Positions 53,810 through 64,000 of a stretch of 64,000 nt of DNA are shown here, piece by piece. Positions within the stretch are counted from its first letter, which is position 1. Every line of letters begins with the position of its first letter. The position numbers and the translations under genes are program-made. Source of the stretch: Octopus vulgaris (taxonomy: Eukaryota); assembly GCA_951406725.2 (NCBI GenBank), contig OX597827.1, forward strand, positions 18,600,001 to 18,664,000, written 5' to 3'. Below the pieces are notes generated by a model, which saw nothing but the letters and a program-made list of their open reading frames with translations, ran no database searches and was not told where the DNA came from.

Positions 53810-54408
53810 AGTAGTTTTATTTTTATAGCGTGCTTTCACTTCACTACCGAGCGCAGCTCTGTGTGCCTTGGGTATGTGCTGTGATTTGTTGTGATGCTCT
53901 GATGGTTATTGTATGGAAAGTGTTCTGGGTAGGATGTGTGCAGTGCCTAGTAGTGCAATTTTCTGTATGTTATATGTTTGTAAGTCCTGGTGTTTTTGTT
54001 ATGTATTTGTCTGAATATTTTTTTATCATGCCTAATGCACCTACTATGATAGGAATTGTTTCTGTTTTTAGATTCCACATTCTGGTTACCTCTATTTCCA
54101 GGTCTTTGTATTTTGAAAGTTTCTCCATTTCTTTTAGAGACACGTTGTCATCTGCTGGTATTGATACATAAATTAGAAAGCATTTTTTTTCTTCATGATC
54201 TCTGACAACTATATCTGGCCTGTTGGCCTTAATTTCTCTATCTGTGTGTATCGGCATATCCCAGAGTATGGTTGCTTTCTCGTTTTCTGTGACCTTTTCT
54301 GGTGTGTGCCTATACCATCTTTTTTCTGTTGTTATTCCATAATGTTGGCATAGCTTCCAATGTATGTAGGTTCCAACTCTGTCATGTCTGTGAATATATT
54401 CCTTCTTA
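53810..54408 (-). mobile_element. R4/Dong-like non-LTR retrotransposon 3' fragment
   Basis: KKEYIHRHDRVGTYIHW...ILWDMPIHTDREIKANRPDIVV...EKLSKYKDL...PIIVGALG (RLE domain), ending in a TAA-rich tract. Confidence 0.85.
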
Positions 54409-54533
54409 GCCCTGTGCTATGACATTTACTGCTATCCCTAAATGAAGAATAATGAAGAATAATGATTGGAAATTCTCTTAGATAACTGGGAAGAGGATGC
54501 GCCTATGTAGAAGTAGACATCGGTACCGGAAGA

Positions 54534-54625
<92 letters not shown>

Positions 54626-55015
54626 GATTTGGTAGATGGAAACTGAAAGAAGCCCGTTGTATATATTTATATGTATATATGTTTGTGAGTCTGTGTTTGT
54701 CTCCTCACCATCGCTTGCAAACGATGTTGGTGTGTTTACGTCCCTGTAACTTAGCGGTTCGGCAAAAAGTGATCGATAGAACAAGTTCTAGGCTTACAAA
54801 GAATAAGTCCTGGGATCGATTTGTTCGACGAAATGCGGTGCTCCAGCATGGCTGCAGTCAGATGACTGAAACGAATATGAAAATAAAAGAATGAAAGACT
54901 ATATGGGGGCACCAAAATGTTTTAAGTGCTTGGGGCCTCTATGGATCTTAATCCGGCACTGGTCTCAGGCATTACTCGGTTCTGATCTTATTGAATATAT
55001 TATTTACCTCTCAAG

Positions 55016-55612
55016 TCGGCGCGCTGGCAGAAACGTTAACACGCCGGGCGAAATGCGTAGCCATACTTCGTCTGCCGTTACGTTCTGAGTTCAAATTCTG
55101 CCGAGTTTGACTTTGCCTTTCGTCCTTTCGGGGTCGATTAAATAAGTACCATTTTACGAAATGGGCTCGATATAATCGACTTAATCCGTTTGCCTGTCCT
55201 TGTTTGTCCTCTCTGTTTAGCCGCTTGTGGGTAGTAAAGAAATAGGTATTTCGTCTGTCTTTACGTTTTGAGTTCAAATTCCGCCGAGGTCGACTTTGCC
55301 TTTCACCCTTTCGGAGTCGATTACATAAGTACCAGCTACGCACTGGGGTCGATATAATCGACTTAATCCGTTTGTCTGTCCTTGTTTGTCCTCTCTGTGT
55401 TTAGCCCCTTGTGGGTAGTAAAGAAATAGGTATTTCGTCTGTCTTTACGTTCTGAGTTCAAATTCCGCCAAGGTCGACTTTGCCTTTCATTCTTTCGGGG
55501 TCGATTAAATAAGTACCAGTTACGCATTGGTGTCCATGTAATCAACTTAACCCCTTTGTCTATCCTTCTTTGTCCCCTCTACGTTTAGTCTCATGTGAGA
55601 AATAAAGAAACA
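55016..55612 (+). mobile_element. SINE family B, tandem trimer
   Basis: One head and three body+tail units; restarts near 55245 and 55429. Confidence 0.85.
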
Positions 55613-56199
55613 AATATATCATTTGCCTTTCAAGGCAGCAAAGCTGGCAGAATCGTTAGTACGCCGGGCGAAATGTTTAGCTGTATTTTCTCTGTCTTCA
55701 TGTTCTGAGTCCATATTCTACCCAGGTCGATTTTGCCTCTTATCCTTTCGGGATCGAAAAATTAAGTACAAGTTGCGTACTGGGGTCGATCTAATCGACT
55801 GCCCCCTTCCTCCTCTCCCCCCAAATTTCGGGTCTTGTGTCTAGAGCAGAAAAGAATATATTATTTACCTTTCAAATGCCCGTCGAAGAGTTAGTGTAAG
55901 TTGCTGTTGCTGCTGCTGCTGCTGTTGTTGTTGTTGTTGTTGTTGCTGCTGCTGCTGCTGCTGTTGCTGTTATTTAGCTTGAGGCCAGCTATAATCCACT
56001 AGATCTATGATTAAAGACAATCTAGCTGTGGCCATCTCGTTTTCTTCCGTTAAACTGTGCATCAAAGACCTTCTCCGTTGTATGTAATCACAATGGCTGA
56101 TGCTGTTGTTTCTAGCTTTGTTGTGCTTGTTGTTGCTGACCACCTTACAATTATTGCTGCTGTTGTTATTTTGTTGCTGTTGTTGTTACTAATGCTGCT

Positions 56200-56908
56200 T
56201 TCTCTGCTTCTTCCTTTTCTTCTCTTTCTCTCCCCTTTTCCTTCTTCTTCTTCACCCTCCTCCTCCTCCTCCTCCACCACCCCTCGTCCTTCACCCCTCT
56301 TCCTCATTCTCCTTCTTCATCCCTTCTCCCCCTCCTTCTTCACTTCTCCTCCTCCTCATTCTCCTTCTTCATCCCTTCTCCCCCTCCTTCTTCACTTCTC
56401 CTCCTCATTCTTCTTTTTCACCCTTCCTCCTTCTCCACATTCTTCTTCTTCTTCTCCTCCTCCTCCTTTTCCTTCTTCTTCTCCTTTTCTTTTTTTCTTC
56501 TCCTTTTCCTTCTTCTTCTTCTTCTTCTTCTTCTTTTCCTCCTCCTCCTCCTCCTCCTTCTTCTTCTTCTTCTTCTCCTTTTCCTTCTTCTTCTCCTTCT
56601 TCTTCTTCTTCTTCTTCTTCTTCTCCTCCTCCTCCTTCTTCTTCTTCTTCTTCTTCTCCTTTTCCTTCTTCTTCTCCTTCTTCTTCTTCTTCTTCTTCTT
56701 CTTCTTCTCCTCCTCCTTCTTCTTCTTCTTCTTCTTCTTCTCCTTTTCCTTCTTCATCTCCTTCTTCTTCTTCTTCTTCTTCTTCTTCTTCTCCTTTTCC
56801 TTCTTCTTCTTCTTCTTCTTCTTCTTCTTCTTCTTCTTCTTCTTCTTCTTCTTCTTCTTCTTCTTCTTCTTCTTCTTCTTCTTCTTCTTCTTCTTCTTCT
56901 TCTTCTTG
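56200..56908. repeat. Polypyrimidine (CTT/CCT)n tract with higher-order units
   Basis: Direct reading. Confidence 0.95.
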
Positions 56909-57162
56909 CTGCTGGTCCTCCTGCTGCTGCTGCTATTACAGCCGCTAGTTTGCTTGTTGCTCTATTATATAGCAATCCCCACCATTACTGCTCTCTTACA
57001 CGCTCCAGTTGCAGAAATCTAAACGACAAAGCTTCAGCCGTTGTTTACCGCCATTTTAACTGCAGTTGCATTTATTGTTATTGTCGCTTTTTTTTTTATA
57101 CTTGTTGCTGCTGTTGTTGTTGTCCTTGTTGCTGTTGTTATTGTTGTTGCTTTTCATTCTTT

Positions 57163-57377
57163 TCTTTACTCTTTTACTCTTTTACTTGTTTCAGTCATTT
57201 GACTGCGGCCATGCTGGAGCACCGCCTTTAGTCGAGCAAACCGACCCCGGGACATATTCTTTGTAAGCCCAGTACTTATCCTATCGGTCTCTGTTGCCGA
57301 ACCGCTAAGTGACGGGGACGTAAACACACCAGCATCGGTTGTCAAGCAATGCTAGGGGGACAAACACAGACACACAA

Positions 57378-57430
<53 letters not shown>

Positions 57431-57616
57431 TATATATATATACATATATACGACAGGCTTCTTTCAGTTTCCGTTTACCAAATCCACTCACAAGGCATTG
57501 GTCGGCCCGGGGCTATAGCAGAAGACACTTGTCCAAGATGCCACGCAGTGGGACTGAACCCGGAACCATGTGGTTGGTGAGCAAGCTACTTACCACACAG
57601 CCACTCCTGCGCCTAT
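57163..57616 (-). mobile_element. SINE family A
   Basis: Full-length copy. Confidence 0.9.
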
Positions 57617-58625
57617 GTCGGTTTTTTCTTGTTGGTTTTTTCCCTCACGGCTGTGGCAGCTTTTGTCCTTCCTTCTCGGTCACCGCAACAACCATTTTCA
57701 TGTCAACGTTGATTATTTATGTTGTTGTTGCTGTTGTTGTTGTTGCTGCTACTGCTGCTGCTGCCGCTGCTGTTGTTGTTCTTGATGTTGTTGTTGATGA
57801 TGGTGATGATGTTGTTGTTGTCACTTCTCTTACTTTCGTGTTCAATCAGAGTCTACCACCTCTCGCTCAGCTACCAATTGACCAGACATGAAAGACGAAA
57901 AGCGTTCCGACCATGACCATTCCGTCATTGTCATTTCATCACACACAAACCTACCTGGCGCACCTTAATCCTGCGTCACTTTCCTCGGCTTTAAACAGTA
58001 CACGTTTAGATCTGGTAGCAGATTTGGCTGCTATTTCTAGCGGATCTATTGGCCGCAAAGGGTGGTCTCCGTTTGTAAGGTCGATGTCCTATCGCATTTT
58101 GCGCGCGCGTGTATGTGTGTGTGTGTGGGAGGGGGGTTAAAATGCCCGCACGCGCCTTATTGTGTAAAAAAGGAGTAAACCTTAATATATAGCGTTTGTT
58201 GATCTCGGTGTGTATGAGTTTGTTCATTTGAGCATGGCTGTGCGTGTGTGATCAGTGTGTCCATTGTGCGTGTATGTGTGTGAACCCGTTTGTATGACCG
58301 ACGAGTCCCCGCCCTTATGCATTATATGTGTGTGTATGTGTGTATGAGTGTATGTATGTGTGTGTATGCTTGCGTATGTGTGTGTGCGTGCGCGTGCGTG
58401 TGTGTTTGTCTCTCAGTGTGCGTCTATATGCGTTTGCATGCATGTATGTCTTTGGTATGTTAACTTTGTCAATCTGTCTCCGTTTGTATATATATATATA
58501 TATAACTTCTATGCTGGAGTGAGTCAGCATGTTCTTTGTCTCTCTCTTTAACTTCTTGAAGATTTTATGTATAATTATACTAATGTGTCCATCTGTTCCA
58601 ATTTAATTAAATTCTATGTCTTTGT

Positions 58626-58710
58626 GCACCTGAAGATTGCTCTGCATTTTAAATATGTACTGATTGCATTGTTCAATTAAATGGAGTTGCATGAAACGAT
58701 CGTACTACAT
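58626..58710 (+). ncRNA. Hammerhead motif with extended stem II, GUA site
   Basis: CTGAAGA-tTGCTCtgCATTT...AAATGGAGttGCAt-GAAA-CGATCG-TA. Stem I is weak. Confidence 0.55.
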
Positions 58711-59118
58711 TACCTCTGGATATCCTTGTTGCTTATTTTGATTTTAATCACTTTACTTTAAAATTGTTTGTGCCTCAACTTAGGTACCATATTCATCTGA
58801 ATCTATATATCTATAAAATACAAGAATGGGGCAAGAACGGAAAACATCCAGACAGTTAGGTGAAACAAACAAAAAGGAAAAACAAAATATCCAGACAGAC
58901 GATACAAGGAAAACAAGGACGGATCATTCGGATTTTTCTATCCTCAGTCGAGTTCCAGATTATCTTTGCAATTTTGGCTGGTTATACTCGAGATTGCTCC
59001 AATCTGGCCAGCCCAAAGGAAAAATAAGCTAAGAGCATTACGTTCCTTGGAAGAAAGCAGCGAATGTATACGAAAACAAGGATGGAAAAAAGACAGAAAT
59101 GTTTTATATATCTACATC

Positions 59119-59237
<119 letters not shown>

Positions 59238-59262
59238 ATCTGTCTATCTATCTGTCTGTCTT

Positions 59263-59335
<73 letters not shown>

Positions 59336-59432
59336 GTATTTATGTATGTATGTATGTAAGTATGTATGTATGTACGCTTGTGTCTCTGTGATCTGGTGTG
59401 TGTGTATCTCTCTCACTCATTCTCCTTCACAG

Positions 59433-59469
<37 letters not shown>

Positions 59470-59846
59470 ATTGCTATATCTATACGTTGTGTATCCTGTG
59501 ACTAATCGACCACAAAGATGCCTGCCTGACCAACTAAGATCAACCGAAGATATTGTCTATGATAAGACTATGCGATAAATATCTCTTTGCTAAAAGACAT
59601 CTATTATTTCTTTTTTGTTATCATCATAAAATACCATAATACCAATACACCAATATACCAAAATATCAAAATATCAAAACATAAAATATAAAAAAAGGAA
59701 AAAAAATCCCTTGCAGACATTATTCCAAGTAATTTAGCGATATTAACTAGCTAAAACCGCCATCTTGCATATGTACAAACATAAAATGATATATGCACAC
59801 GTGACACAATAGCTTACACATATGTAATACATACATACATACATAC

Positions 59847-60005
<159 letters not shown>

Positions 60006-60216
60006 TTTACATGTGTGTGTGAGCGTGGGTGGGTGGGTGTGTTTATATAATCAAAGCCACACAGACAGACAAACATAAAGCACACACATATACTTGTATA
60101 CACGCGTACACAGTACACGAACGCGCATAAAAAAGGTTATTAACTTTTTTGTCTTTCCTTAATTGGAACCTAATTCACAAAAGAAATTACTCAGTTTGCG
60201 CACGTACACACACACA

Positions 60217-60247
<31 letters not shown>

Positions 60248-60397
60248 GCACACACACACACACACACACAGATGCCCCCCTCCACACACACAAAGGCAGG
60301 CACAAGCAGTATAGGGATACGTGATAAGGAAAAAATAGCGAAATTACCTCAATTTCTTCCAAGTCGGTGTGCGTGAGTTTGTATGTGTGCGTGTGTG

Positions 60398-60437
<40 letters not shown>

Positions 60438-60699
60438 CGCGAGCGTGTGTACATATCTATATGCGTCTATTCATGCATATGCATACATTCATATATACAT
60501 ATATGTATGTTTATCTTGTATATATGTAAATAATTAAATATATTTCTTTTTGTATATATATATATATTTTTGTATATATTAATGAAAGTATAGGCGTGGG
60601 CATAGATCTGTGGTTATGAATATTGCATTGCAGCTACTGGGTTGCAGGTTCGATCGTATTGCGAGGCACGTTAGTCAACTGTCTTTTACTATATATATA

Positions 60700-61096
60700 T
60701 ACTCTTTTACTCTTTTACTTGTTTCAGTCATTTGACTGCGGCCATGCTGGAGCACCGCCTTTATCGAGCAACTCGACCCCCGGCACTTATTCTTTTGTAA
60801 GCCCAGTACTTATTCTATCGGTCTCTTTTGCCGAACCACTAAGTTACGGGGACGTAAACACACCAGCATCGGTTGTCAAGCAATGCTAGGGGGACAAACA
60901 CACACACGCATACATATATATATACATATATACGACGGGATTCTTTCAGTTTCCGTCTACCAAATCCACTCACAAGGCTTTGGTTGGCCCGAAGCTATAG
61001 TAGTAGACACTTTCCCAAGGTGCCACGCAGTGGGACTGAACCCGGAGCCATGTGGTTGGTAAACAAGCTACTTACCACACAGCCACTCCTGCGCCT
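60700..61096 (-). mobile_element. SINE family A
   Basis: Full-length copy. Confidence 0.85.
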
Positions 61097-61369
61097 ATCA
61101 CAGCCACTTATACATATATAAATTTTTTTTTTCAGAATGAGATAAAAAAAAAACCAAGGCTGTGAAGATCTTTGGGTTTTTCTTTTTATCTCATTCTGAA
61201 AATTTTTTTTTTATATATACACATGCTGATGTATGACCTACGCTAGACTCTTCATTCGCATAATCGCCGAACCTGGAGCTTAACTAAGGTCTATCCAAAG
61301 CACTTACTCAGCATTACCTGACACCTTTGGGTCTTACTGACACCTTTACCTCTTATAAACTCTCTCTCT

Positions 61370-61411
<42 letters not shown>

Positions 61412-61606
61412 TACCAAATATATACGTTGTTCTACCAAATATATACATTTTATTTATTATTTTGCACATTACTTAATCATTGTTATAGGTTTTATTGTAT
61501 ATTTAATCTTTCTATAATATGTAATTTTTCTAAATGGTATAATTTAATTTTTCATTATTGAATTGGTAAAAGGTGTTTTTTTTCCTAATTTATACACACG
61601 CACAAG

Positions 61607-61637
<31 letters not shown>

Positions 61638-61646
61638 ACACACGCA

Positions 61647-61777
<131 letters not shown>

Positions 61778-62043
61778 GCACACACGCACACATATTTATA
61801 TTAAATTCGAAAATCTTCCTGTCGCATTTTTCACATGATTAATTTTAGGGGACATTTTCAATTCTAACAGTGAAATATGCATTGATTCTCACAGTCCGAT
61901 CTTTTCATTCTTTGTAGATTACTTTATACCTTAGCGGTTACATTAGTATCGATACTTACCCTTTTAAAATGAAGCTAGATTAGTCCAGCATCAGACACTC
62001 CATGCTGTATGAATTCAAAAGGGGGCTATTTATCAATAGAAGC

Positions 62044-62460
62044 GGATCTTTTCGGTTTGAACGGCAGTTTTTAACATATTTTCTAGGTAACTAAAAAGTT
62101 TTAAACTTCGTATACTGGTAGAATGTGTTTATAAAACATCTTTTTCTCTTGGCTTTATTGAGAAAATTCTATGGTTTGTAAGATATTTGTTGTTTTTTTT
62201 TCTTCAATTTCTGCAATTTCAACCAATCAGTGAAGTCTATTGAGGTAAAAAACATTCTGTGCCGTATGAATATGTCCCTCGTTTAAGAAAAATATTGGGT
62301 TTATTTACATTTGTGAAGAAAAAAAGATACACTTCCCCCACCTCTAACCCTAACCCTAAAATACATTGAAATGCAATAGATCGATACTAGGGTCATATTT
62401 ATGGGTGACAATTTCATATGACACCGCTAGAAAAAACTGCCGTTCAAACCGAAAAGATCC
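62044..62460. mobile_element. Merlin-like MITE, third copy, 8-bp TSD
   Basis: Perfect TIRs. TSD atagaagc at 62036-62043 and 62461-62468. Confidence 0.9.
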
Positions 62461-62559
62461 ATAGAAGCGGTAAGAATTATTCGTTCTGTTAAAAGAAAAG
62501 AAGCTTTTAGTGTTCAGACATGCCAATGGTGGTTTGGCCACTTTTGCTCTGGAAATTTT

Positions 62560-63585
62560 TCATCTTTAGATCTCCTTTAATGTGGACGACCAAGTTCTGT
62601 CAATATCGACTTGCTGAAAACTGACGTTGAGGGAAATCAAAAGCAAACTGCATGAGAATTAGCAAAGCAGTTCAATCTAAGTCACATTTCGATCATAAAA
62701 CACTTTGATGAATTATGAATTCAGAAAAAGTGTCAGTAGGTTTCTCTTTGCCTGATTGCTTCTCAGCTTGATCTAAGAGCTACAATCTGACCAATCGAGT
62801 TCTCTATAATCATATCAAACGAAAATGAAAGTGGTTAGCACCCAATGAAAATAGTGAATCTATTGCCAAACCAGGACTACATTGGAAAAAAAAAATCTGT
62901 GCTTTGTGTTTGGTGGAGTGTGAAAAGAATCATCTATCATGAAGTATTATACGAAACAGTTAATGCGGAGAATTATTATCGTTAAGCGAAAGCATTACAC
63001 AAAAGTTTACAGAAAAATCGTCCATCATTGATCAGTCATAAAAGTATGTTGTTTATACAAGACTAGCACTATGACCCGGCAACGCGGGTCATAGTGCTAG
63101 TGCATGCATATACAGCTGCGTGCGTGCACACATACAGGCGAGTGCTGTCCAAATCTCCGACCAATCACATACAGCTAGCTGGCATTCAATTGGCGTATCA
63201 AGTTTCGGGCATTTTGATTGAGTTTTGGATAGAAAATTCACAAAAAGTCACTTCTATTGATTTTTTAATGGCTTTGCGAGGTGACTGGGGAACTGTAAAG
63301 ATGTGCACGACCACCCTTGGACGGTTTTAAATGACCATAGAAAGTGCGAACCCTCTAACTGAAAAAATGTGGATTTGTATAAAGGACGCACACACAGACA
63401 TTTTGCGGTTTATATATATAGAGATAATGCCAAACCACATATTGTCCAACTTACTCAGGAAAATATCTACAAAATAAGGAAGGTTTGCTTCACCCTCCTT
63501 ACTCTCCTGACCTTGCTCCGACAGATAATCATCTCTTTAGATCATTGCAACAATATTTTGAGGGGAAAAAAGTTAATCGATTATA
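62560..63585 (+). mobile_element. mariner transposase pseudogene interrupted by a Helitron
   Basis: GRPSSV..LLK...ELAKQF, KPGLH..K..LCVWW...IIYHEVL, FIQD|NAKPH, HPPYSPDLAPTDNHLFRSLQ. Confidence 0.8.
63063..63424 (-). mobile_element. Non-autonomous Helitron
   Basis: Minus strand: a|TCtctatatatataaacc ... terminal hairpin ... CTAG|t. Confidence 0.8.
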
Positions 63586-63590
63586 AAGCT

Positions 63591-63703
63591 GCCCCGGTGG
63601 CACAATCGGTTAACGCGCCGTACTTATTAGACAGTATCTTCTTTGTGTTATTCCCAAAACAGGAGACATGCGGCGGTTATGAGTTCGAACTTCACCCAGG
63701 GTA
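63591..63703 (+). tRNA. Intron-containing tRNA-Ile(UAU), probably a pseudogene
   Basis: GCCCCGG TGGCACAATCGGTTAACGC G CCGTA CT TAT t [intron about 63629-63667] A TGCGG CGGTT ATGAG TTCGAAC TTCAC CCAGGGT A. Anticodon stem pairs; D, T and acceptor stems have mismatches. Confidence 0.7.
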
Positions 63704-63713
63704 GGATTTTAAA

Positions 63714-63930
63714 TGCGGCGAGCTGGCCGAATCGTTAACACGCCGGGTAAAACCGCTTAGCGGCATTTCGTCCGTCCTTAGGTTCTGAGTTCAAATTCCG
63801 CCGAGGTCGACTTTGCCTTTCATCCTTTCGATATCGATGAATTAAGAACCATCGAAACACGGGGGACGATGTAATCGACTTGACCCCCGCCCCGAAAATT
63901 TCAGATATTGTGCCTTTAGTTGGAAGGACT
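63714..63930 (+). mobile_element. SINE family B
   Basis: Head gcggcgagctggccgaatcg, B box and Deu/Nin-like domain. Confidence 0.8.
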
Positions 63931-64000
63931 TTTAACAAAGGATTAATTATAAAGAGGTTAAAAATTACATTGGATGTTTCTTTGCTTCAAAACCTGAAGA

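Noticed and set aside
58915-58952. Minus-strand CTGAGGA...CGAAT motif
   Set aside because: The GAAA box and stems are incomplete.

Overview
AT-rich, microsatellite-saturated eukaryotic DNA. The SINE repertoire looks cephalopod (octopus-like); this is an inference. No complete protein-coding gene is visible, and nearly all long ORFs in the track are translations of di- and tri-nucleotide repeats. The window is a mosaic of three tRNA-headed SINE families, fragments of RTE, R4/Dong-like and CR1-like LINEs, Tc1/mariner remnants and MITEs, a Merlin-like MITE with 8-bp TSDs, non-autonomous Helitrons, Penelope-like element (PLE) fragments and an intron-containing tRNA-Ile(UAU), probably a pseudogene. 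The most notable hidden signal is about a dozen minimal type-I hammerhead ribozyme motifs from several unrelated repeat families, mostly embedded in (TA)n/(CA)n tracts. They have palindromic stem III, and the tertiary 3:8 core pair occurs as C-G, U-A and G-C. One U3:A8 motif caps both arms of a near-identical 1.16-kb inverted repeat that flanks an uninterrupted Neptune-type GIY-YIG reading frame (5011-8894). A G3:C8 motif sits in the loop of a separate 90-bp-arm hairpin. One or two candidate minus-strand host exons are noted at low confidence.
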